45,466 bases of DNA from Euryarchaeota archaeon UBA549 (lineage in GTDB: Archaea; Thermoplasmatota; Poseidoniia; Poseidoniales; Poseidoniaceae): NCBI GenBank assembly GCA_002495645.1, contig DAGF01000095.1, forward strand, positions 1 to 45,466, in the 5' to 3' direction. Made by a program: the position numbers and the translations under genes. Below the pieces are notes generated by a model that did no database searches, was not told the DNA's origin, and saw only the letters and a program-made list of their open reading frames with translations. The first letter of the stretch is position 1. Each line of letters opens with the position of its first letter. Below, in pieces: positions 18,467 through 28,638 of this stretch.

Positions 18467-21400
18467 TCACGACCACGGGTCGTCTTCGTTGGGTTCGTGT
18501 CCCCGGACACGCAGGAAAGCGAGGAGAACGAGGACCAAGACGACCAAAGCGACCAGTTGCAGGGTGGTGTTTGACACCTCAGAACCGGTATCTGCACCAT
18601 CATCGCTTGAGCCATCGTCCCCAACAGTGGGTCCGTCGACTTCGGCCCCTGCCGAAACTGTGAACGTCACCGAACTGCTGTTACTGTTTCCGGATGCATC
18701 AGCGCTGCTGATCTCAACCGTATAGGTTCCATCGGCCAGAACTTCTGTGGTAAAGGCGTGATTCTTCTTGGTGGCAAAGGCGTCTTCATGGACCGACGCA
18801 CCGTTGAGGAGAATGGATTCAGTAGCACTCTCTGAGGTGTACCATGTGATGGTGGCCCGACCGTCCTCCAACACTTCAGCAGCCAGATTCAACACATCGG
18901 GTGGTGTTTCATCAACCACGCTACTCGTGGTGAAGGAAAGGGCAACATCATCGGTTTCGTTCGCCGAGATGTAAGCAACATAACTCGTGTTCGACTCCAA
19001 CCCTGTTAGCGTCATGGCGTGGTCGGTCCCCGATGCCGTCCATGTTCGGGCCTCATCGGCACCTGTTGCTTCCTCACCTGCAAGCACGACTTCAACCGCT
19101 GTCGCTTCCGCCACCGTGGTCGACCATGTGAGAACCGCAGAACCTGAAGTGATCGTGTCCACCGAAGCACCGAAGATTTGTTGCGGCACTTCCGGCATTT
19201 CAAAGCCGGTCAATTGAGCATACATATGGCCTGCCACATCATAACTCGAAAGCATGGCGGTTTGCCCTTCACCATCCAGGATAACATCAATGATGTTCGG
19301 GTCGTAATCGATGCCGTCATCCGATGCAGGGTTGGCTCCACCGCCAAGCGTCCAGGTAGCGGGTTCCTCCATCACGTCTCGCCACTTTCCTGTGCCAAAC
19401 CCGTCTTGGCTGCCGATGACGATGATATAGCGGTAGTTCGGAATATCCGAACCGATGACATCCTTGCTGACGGTGAAGGTGATGGTTTTCGCATCCACAT
19501 CGCCGCTGACATCGATGCCGCGAGCCGAAGCGCTCCCGGTCTCAGCCTGCACGGCCTGCACCGCGCCCGGCTCGCCCGTACCGCTGATGGCCACTTCCCA
19601 GGCCCAATCCGGATGCACTTCTGCATTGGCACCGGTAAGCATTGAGGTGCGCCCGTAGGAAGTTTCACCCTGGTCCACGTAAATCTGAACGATTTGGTGG
19701 CTGAAGCCATTCGCAAGACCCCAAATATCGGTCATCTCGCTCATCGTGAGAATAAATTGGGCGTTCCAAGCACTCTGGCGCACAGTGAGATGGGTGGCGT
19801 CCCAAAGGCCTCCACCGTTAGGTGTGTTGAAATCGGTCGCCAACGGATAGACATAATCGCCATCACCCGTTTCGTCGCCCACAGCATCGTCCAACTCCAG
19901 CAGCGTCACCCACTCCTCAAGGTCGGGCAAGACCATCTCTGCCGGTGCTGGTGGCGCCATTTCAGCGTCAATTCCATCACCGTATGACAGGGAATCCCGC
20001 CAAGAGGTGACGACCTTCACACGGGTTGAGTAACGAGGTGCAAGACCGATATCAGCCCATGGAATAGCGAATTCATAGACGTCGTCCACAGCGCAACCGC
20101 CGAGATTGGAGCTTCCTGAGAGAACCCAGCGTTCTTGATCGCCGACCTTTCCTTGGGCGCTGAACAAATTCCACTTCGCACGCCCGTCTTCTCGGACCGT
20201 GTCAAAATCAAAGGCGACCATGTACTTTGAAGGGAAACCAAGGATTTGGTTCCCGTAATAGGTTCGGAAATTCGTCTCCGCTTCGTTGAAGTTGACGGCG
20301 TTCGGTTGCATGAAGTAAATCGCCAAATCCGGAGAAGCGTACTGTGCATTGGCGTCGACCTCTGCCAAATCTTCGAGGGTCGTTGCATCCACACGGAAGA
20401 AGACATTGGAGGCGTCATAGCCGAAATAAAACGATTCGATGTCGAACTCCCCGCCTGAGACCGGCGCATCGTACCGTGCTGCACCGTCCCATTCACCAGG
20501 AAGCGCAATGCCATCGATCATCGGCTCAACGATACCGGTCGCTGCAGGGTCTGCCACGGCTGGATTGGTCCACAAATCCTGCAGGTAAGGCGGAAGGTCG
20601 AGGTTGATGGCGCGGTAAATATTGGAAAGGTGAACTTTGAACAGGACATCCCAGTTTTCATCATAACCGCTGTCCTGGTCAAGGCCGTACCACCAATACC
20701 AGTCGCTGCCTTCAGCGATGTAGAGCGATTCCCATGCTGCTGGGAGACCGGGGTCGTTGGGATGGCCTTCCTCAAATTCAACGAGGGCTTGACGGGCCTC
20801 GACAAGTCGCTGCCAAGCGAGGCTCTCCTCTTCTTCACCGGCCCAGGTTCGCAGCGTTCCATCAATCCATGAACCCGTACCGATCGTTTGGATTTCAGGG
20901 AGGGTCGTTTCTTTGGTCAGGAATTCCGACGGCGTGGTGGTCACGATGGTGGGGTGCTCGGCCAAGCGACTGTACCATTCGGCCATGAAAGGACGAGCGT
21001 TGTCGTGATGTTGGAACTCGGACATGAACATCCAATTTTCACCGTCAAGCGCAACGGTGAGCAAATGTTCGGAAGGGTCTTCGCCCGCATTGAGCAATTG
21101 TTGGCGAATGTTGTCGAGGTAGGCGATGAAATCCGAAACGGCCGCCTCGGGTGTCATCGTCCCGTATTGGAAGGCGATGCGGTCGGAAATCACGCGGTCT
21201 CGGAAAATGACAGCAACTTCCCCGCCTTCCGCACCGGTGACCTTCCACGGCGTAGCGAGGTTGGCGGCGTCTTCAACATCAACCAAATTTCCATTCACGT
21301 CGGTGGATTGCTTGAGAATTTCCTCATCGGTGACCATCCACTGGATGCCAACATCCGTCACGGGTTCAACCATAGCCGGTGAAACAGCTTCTTCACTGGG

Positions 21401-22951
21401 CCACATACCCGTCGGGCGGAAACCGAGTTGCTGCTCAAAGAGGTCCATGCCCGTGACAAGGTGGTTCTCAACATCTTCCGGCCAGGCTTCTTTGTTGACA
21501 CGGATACCGTCTTCCATGGTCCATCCGTCCATCATCAAGAGCGGCATGATGGGGTGGTAGTAGGGCGTGGTGGTCAACTCCACTTGGCCGCTTGCAGCCA
21601 GTTCACTGTACATGGGCATGACGTTGCCCATGTGGTCGTGTTGAGCATCGAGGACATACGTCAAGTCGCTCAAGGAGTAATTTCCGTTCTGCATGAACAA
21701 GGCGATGAGACCGTCGTCCCGATGGTTGGCATTGTAATCGCCTTGGACGTAGTCGGGGGAGAACTGGTAGAGGTACCAAAGGACCTGCAGGTCAAGGAAA
21801 TCCTGTGGTGCGAGCAACTCGTCGTCCATGATGGTGTCCGGTTTGAGGTTGTGGAGCGTCATATCGTAGAGTTGCTTGTAACGAGCGCTGGAAGGATAGA
21901 GCCAGCCCAATTTCTCATCGCTCTGCGAGACATTGTAAATCCAACCGCTGTTCCAGAAAGATTGGAATTGCATCGTGTGAAGTTCCAAAGCAGTGGCGTT
22001 TGGATAACCGCCCTCGCTCCATGAACGCTTGGCGATATCGGTGTGGACGTCGAGCGTCTCGTTGAGATTGTAATCAACGAGTTGCTCAATGAACGAAGGC
22101 ACGAGGTTGTAGGTGACCTTGGTGTCGGTTTGCGCCAAGATGCCGGGCGAATCAACGTACTCGGTCATGGCGTGGACACGAACCCAGGGCATCTCGTACA
22201 TGCCGGTCAACTTGTTCTTGTAATACGGTTGATGTTGGTGGAACACAATGGCGAGGTTCAAAGCATCCTCAACCTTGTCCACGCCCCCTGATTCGATGAT
22301 AGGCAACGTGTTTGGAGCCGTGGCGTTCGAGATGTTCTCGGCGTGCCAGGCATGGGTGAAGGTCTCTGCGCCGTTGTTGCTGGCAGGATTCTGCTGGGGG
22401 AAGGATGCCCAAACATTCCCTGCGTCCTGCCACTGGGCGTAGACCAGGATATCAAACGATGAGGGTGAACCCATGGCCGCCCATGGAAGAGCGATTTCAG
22501 TGGCCTGATTGTCCGACCAGCCGGCGTACAAGCCCACCTCGGTTGACTGGTCCGACCAAGCGCTGCCATCGTGAGCGATGTGTTGGTAGTAGGTATCGTC
22601 CTCCAGCACAAAGCCATGGTCAGCAGCGAAGGGGAGCGTGTGGGCAAAACCCCAATCCCGTGTAAGGACCGAGCCACCTGTTGAGGTGTTGAGGTAGATG
22701 AAGAGGTCCGCCCCTTCTTCGGTGGATTTCCAATCCGTTCCGTCCCAGCCAACAAACAGATGTGTTTCGTTCCAAGTTAGTCTGAAATCGATGCCGTTGC
22801 TGTCGCTGCCCATGAAGGAATCAGCCGACCAATCGGTGTAGTCACCGTCGATGACGATGTCATCGGGCGTTTCACCCTGGACAAAACCAGCAAAAAGCGA
22901 TGAAAAAAATAACAACATCAGGAACGCAGCCTTTGCTCGCATTGCTTCCAC
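18467..22951 (-). CDS. apu: Membrane-anchored GH57 amylopullulanase with DOMON-like/glucodextranase-C and FN3-like domains
   Basis: Signal peptide; GH57 regions HQHQP, WPSEEAVS (nucleophile Glu), ALDGENW (acid/base Asp) and AEGSDWYWW; DOMON-like GDETGDGDYVYP...FSHQIVQIYVD; C-terminal TM + RVR. Confidence 0.92.
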   Translation of the reverse strand: MEAMRAKAAFLMLLFFSSLFAGFVQGETPDDIVIDGDYTDWSADSFMGSDSNGIDFRLTWNETHLFVGWDGTDWKSTEEGADLFIYLNTSTGGSVLTRDWGFAHTLPFAADHGFVLEDDTYYQHIAHDGSAWSDQSTEVGLYAGWSDNQATEIALPWAAMGSPSSFDILVYAQWQDAGNVWASFPQQNPASNNGAETFTHAWHAENISNATAPNTLPIIESGGVDKVEDALNLAIVFHQHQPYYKNKLTGMYEMPWVRVHAMTEYVDSPGILAQTDTKVTYNLVPSFIEQLVDYNLNETLDVHTDIAKRSWSEGGYPNATALELHTMQFQSFWNSGWIYNVSQSDEKLGWLYPSSARYKQLYDMTLHNLKPDTIMDDELLAPQDFLDLQVLWYLYQFSPDYVQGDYNANHRDDGLIALFMQNGNYSLSDLTYVLDAQHDHMGNVMPMYSELAASGQVELTTTPYYHPIMPLLMMDGWTMEDGIRVNKEAWPEDVENHLVTGMDLFEQQLGFRPTGMWPSEEAVSPAMVEPVTDVGIQWMVTDEEILKQSTDVNGNLVDVEDAANLATPWKVTGAEGGEVAVIFRDRVISDRIAFQYGTMTPEAAVSDFIAYLDNIRQQLLNAGEDPSEHLLTVALDGENWMFMSEFQHHDNARPFMAEWYSRLAEHPTIVTTTPSEFLTKETTLPEIQTIGTGSWIDGTLRTWAGEEEESLAWQRLVEARQALVEFEEGHPNDPGLPAAWESLYIAEGSDWYWWYGLDQDSGYDENWDVLFKVHLSNIYRAINLDLPPYLQDLWTNPAVADPAATGIVEPMIDGIALPGEWDGAARYDAPVSGGEFDIESFYFGYDASNVFFRVDATTLEDLAEVDANAQYASPDLAIYFMQPNAVNFNEAETNFRTYYGNQILGFPSKYMVAFDFDTVREDGRAKWNLFSAQGKVGDQERWVLSGSSNLGGCAVDDVYEFAIPWADIGLAPRYSTRVKVVTSWRDSLSYGDGIDAEMAPPAPAEMVLPDLEEWVTLLELDDAVGDETGDGDYVYPLATDFNTPNGGGLWDATHLTVRQSAWNAQFILTMSEMTDIWGLANGFSHQIVQIYVDQGETSYGRTSMLTGANAEVHPDWAWEVAISGTGEPGAVQAVQAETGSASARGIDVSGDVDAKTITFTVSKDVIGSDIPNYRYIIVIGSQDGFGTGKWRDVMEEPATWTLGGGANPASDDGIDYDPNIIDVILDGEGQTAMLSSYDVAGHMYAQLTGFEMPEVPQQIFGASVDTITSGSAVLTWSTTVAEATAVEVVLAGEEATGADEARTWTASGTDHAMTLTGLESNTSYVAYISANETDDVALSFTTSSVVDETPPDVLNLAAEVLEDGRATITWYTSESATESILLNGASVHEDAFATKKNHAFTTEVLADGTYTVEISSADASGNSNSSSVTFTVSAGAEVDGPTVGDDGSSDDGADTGSEVSNTTLQLVALVVLVLVLLAFLRVRGHEPNEDDPWS

Positions 22952-22993
22952 GTGGCATGATAGATTGAAAGGCTTTATCGCTTCTTAGCAACC
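22952..22993. promoter_or_regulatory. Putative compact bidirectional promoter between apu and malQ
   Basis: 42-nt AT-rich gap with TTGAAA (22965-70) 23 nt before ATG 22994 and, on the minus strand, GATAAAG (22979-73) 21 nt before GTG 22951. Confidence 0.55.
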
Positions 22994-24256
22994 ATGCAAG
23001 GGAAAGGTGTGCTGTGCCACCTGACCTCGCTCCCAGAGGTCTCCCTCAAGGGCGCACTCCGCTTTTTGCAGTGGCTTGAGCAGCGCGGCTACACCGCGTG
23101 GCAAATGCTCCCACTCACGCCGCCCGACGAGCACGGCTCCCCATACGCCTCCCCCTCTGCGTTTGCCGCATGGCCCAAACTCATGCAAAGCGATGAGGCG
23201 CAAGACATGGAAGAAAATGAGGCGTGGTTGGAGGATTGGGCCCTCTACGCTGCGATCAAAGAAGATCATGACCACCAGCCATGGTTCACATGGCCCTTGC
23301 CGCTTAGAAATCGCCATCCTGAGGCGTTGGAAACATACCGTGAAGCGGCGAAGCCACACCAACGACAACAACAGCGCTTCATGGCCGCATGGGGTCAACT
23401 CGCATCCAGGGCCAAGGAGGCTGGTATCTCCCTCATCGGTGACATCCCCATATTCATCGCTCACGATTCAGCCGATGTATGGGCGCATCGGGAGCTTTTC
23501 CAACTTGACGAAAACGGTTGTCCGAGGCATGTTGCAGGCGTGCCGCCCGATTATTTCAGCGAAGGCGGACAAAAATGGGGGACGGTGCTCTACGATTGGG
23601 AGGCGCATCGCAGCGAGAATTGGTCGTGGTGGAAACAGCGAATGAAGCGAATGTTCGGCTTATTTGATGTGGTTCGAATCGACCACTTCCGGGGCTTGCA
23701 CTCCAACTGGGCCGTACCGGTGGATGACGAGGATGCCCGCCGAGGATTCTGGCAGGAAGGGCCGGGCGATGAGTTGCTTGAGGTGCTTCTCCCGATGGCC
23801 CAAGGCAGGGGAGAAATTCTCGCTGAAGACTTGGGCATCATCCCTCCCGAAGTGATTGAACTTCGCAAGCGACACCAAATGTGCGGCATGGCCGTCATGC
23901 ATTTTGGATTCCATGGTGAGCCCGAAGACAACCCGCATCATCCGCATTCCATTCAAAGCGACCAGGTGGTCTACACGGGCACACACGACAACAACACCAC
24001 CCTTGGATGGTGGAATAAACTCGACGATGAGGCAAAAGCCAGGGTCCAATCCCTGCTCAAACCGGATGAACTACCGGTTAAGGGAATGATGCGCTTGGCG
24101 GTGGAAAGCGATGCCAAACTCGCCATCTTCCCGCTTCAGGACCTGTTGAATTTGGATGGATCAGCGAGGATGAACACCCCCGGCACCTCAGAGGACAATT
24201 GGAATTGGCAATGCACATGGCAGGACCTTGACGAGAACAAGAACGCCCCACCGTGA
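22994..24256 (+). CDS. malQ: 4-alpha-glucanotransferase (amylomaltase, GH77)
   Basis: WQMLPL, SPY, GDIPIF, AGVPPDYFS..GQKWG and catalytic motifs RIDHFRG, AEDLG, YTGTHDN; RMNTPG...NWNW. Confidence 0.94.
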   Translation: MQGKGVLCHLTSLPEVSLKGALRFLQWLEQRGYTAWQMLPLTPPDEHGSPYASPSAFAAWPKLMQSDEAQDMEENEAWLEDWALYAAIKEDHDHQPWFTWPLPLRNRHPEALETYREAAKPHQRQQQRFMAAWGQLASRAKEAGISLIGDIPIFIAHDSADVWAHRELFQLDENGCPRHVAGVPPDYFSEGGQKWGTVLYDWEAHRSENWSWWKQRMKRMFGLFDVVRIDHFRGLHSNWAVPVDDEDARRGFWQEGPGDELLEVLLPMAQGRGEILAEDLGIIPPEVIELRKRHQMCGMAVMHFGFHGEPEDNPHHPHSIQSDQVVYTGTHDNNTTLGWWNKLDDEAKARVQSLLKPDELPVKGMMRLAVESDAKLAIFPLQDLLNLDGSARMNTPGTSEDNWNWQCTWQDLDENKNAPP

Positions 24257-24289
24257 ACATCATAACCGGTATTGACAAGGTGCCCGATA

Positions 24290-25939
24290 ATGCCGACCCT
24301 CGCTTATTTCACGGCCGAAATCGGTCTTTGGTCCGAACTCCACACCTATTCCGGCGGCCTTGGCGTCCTTGCCGGCGACCATGTGAAATCAGCCGCTGAT
24401 GCGAACCTCCCCTTGGTGGCCATCAGTCTGCTTTACCGCGAGGGATACGGCCGCCAACATTTGGATGCGAAGGGCGACCAGTCCGAAACGTACGCTCCCA
24501 TCGACCCTGCAGAACACCTGACCAACACCGGGAAGACCATCCAACTCCAATTGGACGGTTCAACCCTGTACGCCAGTATCTGGAGAACTGATGTTGTGGG
24601 TGTTTCAGGTCATGTCGTCCCCGTCTACTTCCTCGACACCTTTCACCCCAACAATTCTGCAGATTTCGTTGGCCTCGGAGCACGACTGTACGGTGGCGAT
24701 GACGACACCCGTGTCCGTCAGGAATACCTCTTGGGTGTTGGCGGCGTTCACGCGCTCCAGACCCTCGGGCACGATTTTGCTGGCATGCACCTCAATGAGG
24801 GACACTGCACCTTTGCCATGCTGGAGATGCTTCGTCAGGGATGGACCCGCGAGGAACTGGCGCAGCGAACATTGTTCACCACCCACACGCCGGTTCCGGC
24901 AGGGCACGACCGCTTTGAATGGTCGCTGGTGCGCGATGTGATTGGCGAGCTCCTGCCCGACGATGCTCAAGACTTGGTTCGAAACGCCGGCGATTCGGAA
25001 GAAGCGCGCCGCTGTTCCATGTCCCACCTCGCCGTGGCCTTGTCAACCTCCGTCAACGCTGTGTCCAACCTCAACGCTCAGGTGGCTTCCACGATGTTCG
25101 GAAGCACCCACATTGCCCCCATCACGAACGGCGTCCACCACATCACGTGGACCTCACCGCAGATGACCGGCTTGTTTGATGTTCATCTCCCCGGCTGGAA
25201 GGAGGACCCAAGCCAGTTGGGATACGCCGGCAGTCTGCCCGACGATGCCTTGCTTGAGGCTCGTCAAGCCAATCGGCGAATGCTGAGGGAGTTGGTGCGT
25301 GTATCAACCGGTGTGGAATTGGAGGAAAACCGCCTCACCATCGGATTTGCACGCCGTTTCGCCACCTACAAACGCGCGAATTTGGTGTTCAGCGACCTTG
25401 AGCGACTTCGAGCCATCGGTGCAGACCGCATTCAATTCGTCTTCAGCGGGAAAGCCCATCCAAAAGACGAGGGTGGCAAACAATTGATTCGCGACATCTT
25501 TGCGTCTGCGGGTGAAGTCGCCAACGACATCCCGGTCGCCTTCATTGAGAATTATGACATGGACACCGGCCTTGCGATGACCAGCGGTGTCGACATCTGG
25601 CTCAACAACCCCATTCGTCCCTTGGAAGCCTCCGGCACCTCGGGAATGAAAGCCGCCATGAACGGCGTGCCCAACTGCTCCATCCTCGACGGGTGGTGGC
25701 CCGAGGGCTGTGAACACGGCGTGAACGGTTGGGCCATCGGTGAGGCCGAAGATGACCGAGACGATGCAAGGGACGCTGAAAACATCTACAACGTCCTCGA
25801 GCATGAAGTGCTTCCCCTCTGGGACGAAGGGCCGCAGCGTTGGGCCAAACTGATGCGAGCCAGCATCGCCACCTCGGCCCGATTCACCGGGGCTCGGATG
25901 ATCGCCGACTACCTTCACTTCTACGACCGATTTTCCTGA
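24290..25939 (+). CDS. malP: Alpha-glucan (maltodextrin/glycogen) phosphorylase, short GT35 type
   Basis: YSGGLGVLAGD, HLNEGH, FTTHTPVPAGHD, ITNGVH, ARRFATYKR and PLP-lysine motif EASGTSGMKAAMNG. Confidence 0.94.
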   Translation: MPTLAYFTAEIGLWSELHTYSGGLGVLAGDHVKSAADANLPLVAISLLYREGYGRQHLDAKGDQSETYAPIDPAEHLTNTGKTIQLQLDGSTLYASIWRTDVVGVSGHVVPVYFLDTFHPNNSADFVGLGARLYGGDDDTRVRQEYLLGVGGVHALQTLGHDFAGMHLNEGHCTFAMLEMLRQGWTREELAQRTLFTTHTPVPAGHDRFEWSLVRDVIGELLPDDAQDLVRNAGDSEEARRCSMSHLAVALSTSVNAVSNLNAQVASTMFGSTHIAPITNGVHHITWTSPQMTGLFDVHLPGWKEDPSQLGYAGSLPDDALLEARQANRRMLRELVRVSTGVELEENRLTIGFARRFATYKRANLVFSDLERLRAIGADRIQFVFSGKAHPKDEGGKQLIRDIFASAGEVANDIPVAFIENYDMDTGLAMTSGVDIWLNNPIRPLEASGTSGMKAAMNGVPNCSILDGWWPEGCEHGVNGWAIGEAEDDRDDARDAENIYNVLEHEVLPLWDEGPQRWAKLMRASIATSARFTGARMIADYLHFYDRFS

Positions 25940-28635
25940 GCGGTCTCATCTTCGATCGCCGCTTCAAACTCGGACTTTGGAGGGTTTCTTCCGGTCAAGA
26001 CCAGCATCAGGACCAGCAGGAAGACCACACCGACCAAGACATTTCTCATCGTGTCGGCTGAAGAGGTGGAGGCGGTGGCGTCATCGTCTTCACATGGCTC
26101 ACACATCGCAACGGGACATGGTTCGTCAGCAGGGTGCTCGTACGTCTCACCGCAGCATAGATCGCAAACTTGCATGTTGGTTTCGGTGCTCGTTCCGTTC
26201 GTCTCATTCCCAGTGCCTTCACCGGAGATCCCGTTGGAGTGGTTGGTGGTCTCGTTGGTTGAACCATCACCCGTTGAACCATCTGTTTGGTTGGTTGTCG
26301 TGTTGCCCGTGTCCGTTTGGTTTGCGGAATTGTTCTCCTCTGCCACATCGTAGGTGCAACTGCCGTCATCTTGGGTCGCCTCAGCGTTGTAGTTCGTCGC
26401 AGTCTCGTCGGTGCAGCCCATCACCGGTGTTGGCGGGTAGGTGCAACTGCCGTCGTCTTCGCTCGCTGCGGGGTTGTAGTTCTCGGCGTTCACATCCGTG
26501 CATCCCGGGATGGTGGTGGTGCCACCCGTGTCGTTGGCGGGTGGGTTCTCGCTTTGTGCGTTCAACTCAATCACGGATACCGAGTGAGCCCCCACTGAAA
26601 GTTGACCCGACTCGAGCACGGCATCGCCAAAGCGCACCGTATCGTTGTCCGTGAACCCGTCCACTTGCGTTGGCGCACCCCGATTCAACACCACCGACAT
26701 GACTTGGTCGTCATGGCTCATGTTGTACACCAGAAGATTGGGCATGGCCAGACGTGTGCCGTACTCGCCTTGACGTAGGGCGATGGATTCCAAGCGAAGT
26801 TGGCCCAAGGCCGAGATGTTTTCGAAGAGAGCGGCTTCGTGGTCGCTCCACATGACCTCGTTTCGGTACATGTGCCGGTTGTCGGGGTCTGCACCACCGT
26901 ACTCCCCGTACTCATCCCCGTAATACAGGAGCGGTGCGCCTGGTGTGGTCAAAAGCCAACCGTAGGCTTGGAGGGCTGCATGATAGGCAGAGATGTCGCC
27001 GGGTTGACCCGGCAGTCCATCCTCCGCCCACTGGTTGTAGGCATCGCCCGTGCCCGTATCCGCCCGGCTGGTCAAACGTGAAACGTCGTGACTGCCAACA
27101 TAAGGGACCATCAGCGAACCCGCTGTGTACTGGTCTTGACTTCGGTTGGTCCAGTAATCCAGATGCTGGTAGTTCTCGTTGCCCGAAACAAAGACGTTGT
27201 CAACGACGGCATGGTAGAGCACGAAGTCAGCCTGGCCGTCCAAACCCTGAGGTCCCATGTAGGCGTTGATGGCGCCGTACTGTTCCTGATTTGCTTGCAA
27301 GGAATGACCTGACCATCCCATCGCCGTTTCGCCTTTGAGATAAACATCGGTACCCACCGTCTCGAATCGTTGATTGATTTGAGCGACCAAATTGGAGACT
27401 GCGAGGTTTTCAACATGCTTGACCGCATCAATGCGCGCCCCGTCGAGGTCAAAGGTCTCCATCCACCACAGAGCGTCGGCGATGAATTGTTCGGATGCGT
27501 TTCGGTTTTTCCAGTTCACATCAGGCATGTAGGACGTGAATTGGCAGTCAAGACGATGCTCGGTCCAATCACAGTCGGCCTGACCGCAAATACAACCGCT
27601 GTTGAACCACTCGGGGTGAGCATCGTGGTATTCGTGGTCCTCGTGAACGTGATTCACCACGAAATCCATCATCACGCGAATGCCTGCGTCGTGCGCAGCG
27701 TCGATCATCGCTTCGAGTTCCTCGGGCGTTCCCAAACGCGGGTCCACGCCTCGTGCTTCAACCGGCCAATAACCGTGGAAGGCGGCCACGTCGTGCACAC
27801 CATCGGCGGCTTTCCCCGTGCCGTCGGCCGCCGTGTTGAACGGTGTGAGCCACAGAGCATTCACACCGAGGTCAGCAAAATAGCCGGATTGAATCATGGA
27901 GGTTACACCGGCAAAGTCTCCACCCTGCCAATCTGCACCTTGGGCGGCACCGGTGGCCACACCATCGTTGCTCTGGTTGCCGTTAACAAAACGGTCGGTC
28001 ATGATCATGTAAATCAGAGCGTCCTCCCAAACAAAGGAGGCGTGAGGCCCACGCCAAAAGGGCACCAAGAGGTCATAGGCGACATGGCCTTCCACATCGA
28101 GTCCCTCAATGAGCAGACTGTGCTTGCCATCGCTCAACCCAGTCAAATCCAGAGTCCATGTCGAAGAAGCAGCGTCCCAGGTCGCACCGCTCAGGGCAGT
28201 GGGTGTACCATCGGGTCCTGCCAGTGATGAGCCGGGATGATAGACAACATGCAATTCATCACCCGTGATGGAGGCCGAATAGTGGGGACGGGCGTGGTCA
28301 TTGACCCGAAGAAGCGAGTTCTCAATCTCATCACAATACACGCGCTCGGGGTTGCTCGGGTCAAAGATGAAGGCGTCGTCAACGACGAATTTGTAGCAAT
28401 ACAGTCCTTCATCCAATTCAACATCAACCGACCACACGCCGTTGCTCTGGGTCATGTTCAACCGTGTATTCCAGTCCCACTCGCCAACCAATTGGACGGT
28501 CTGCCCAGGCCCGTTGTACGTCAGCGTGGTGGCCGTTGAGGAGCGGCCTTCATCTGCACTGACGTCGTTGGCAAGCAAGGGTGTGGCGACCACAGCAACA
28601 AGAACAACCACGATGAAAAGAGCCGTTCGTTGCAT
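25921..28635 (-). CDS. Membrane-anchored GH13 alpha-amylase-family enzyme with N-terminal CBM48/AMPK-like domain
   Basis: Signal peptide; CBM48-like VQLVGEW...W...YKFVVD...DPSNP; GH13 regions DFVVNH, DGARIDAVKH, GETAMGW and YVGSHD; Cys repeats, T/N-rich linker and C-terminal TM. Confidence 0.92.
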   Translation of the reverse strand: MQRTALFIVVVLVAVVATPLLANDVSADEGRSSTATTLTYNGPGQTVQLVGEWDWNTRLNMTQSNGVWSVDVELDEGLYCYKFVVDDAFIFDPSNPERVYCDEIENSLLRVNDHARPHYSASITGDELHVVYHPGSSLAGPDGTPTALSGATWDAASSTWTLDLTGLSDGKHSLLIEGLDVEGHVAYDLLVPFWRGPHASFVWEDALIYMIMTDRFVNGNQSNDGVATGAAQGADWQGGDFAGVTSMIQSGYFADLGVNALWLTPFNTAADGTGKAADGVHDVAAFHGYWPVEARGVDPRLGTPEELEAMIDAAHDAGIRVMMDFVVNHVHEDHEYHDAHPEWFNSGCICGQADCDWTEHRLDCQFTSYMPDVNWKNRNASEQFIADALWWMETFDLDGARIDAVKHVENLAVSNLVAQINQRFETVGTDVYLKGETAMGWSGHSLQANQEQYGAINAYMGPQGLDGQADFVLYHAVVDNVFVSGNENYQHLDYWTNRSQDQYTAGSLMVPYVGSHDVSRLTSRADTGTGDAYNQWAEDGLPGQPGDISAYHAALQAYGWLLTTPGAPLLYYGDEYGEYGGADPDNRHMYRNEVMWSDHEAALFENISALGQLRLESIALRQGEYGTRLAMPNLLVYNMSHDDQVMSVVLNRGAPTQVDGFTDNDTVRFGDAVLESGQLSVGAHSVSVIELNAQSENPPANDTGGTTTIPGCTDVNAENYNPAASEDDGSCTYPPTPVMGCTDETATNYNAEATQDDGSCTYDVAEENNSANQTDTGNTTTNQTDGSTGDGSTNETTNHSNGISGEGTGNETNGTSTETNMQVCDLCCGETYEHPADEPCPVAMCEPCEDDDATASTSSADTMRNVLVGVVFLLVLMLVLTGRNPPKSEFEAAIEDETAQENRS
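26350..26505 (-). repeat. Two GCTDxxAxNYNxxAxxDDGSCTY protein repeats in the amylase stalk
   Basis: GCTDVNAENYNPAASEDDGSCTY and GCTDETATNYNAEATQDDGSCTY. The DNA duplication GTAGGTGCAACTGCCGTC occurs at 26350 and 26437. Confidence 0.9.
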
Positions 28636-28638
28636 GAT

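Noticed and set aside
22955-22982. TrmB/TGM-type operator (TATCAC-N5-GTGATA) in the glucan locus
   Set aside because: Only a 4-bp GATA/TATC inverted repeat with the wrong orientation and spacing; not seen at the other mal promoters.
26350-26505. Direct DNA repeats as a CRISPR array or mobile-element ends
   Set aside because: Only two copies, in frame, encoding protein repeats; no cas or transposase genes in the window.
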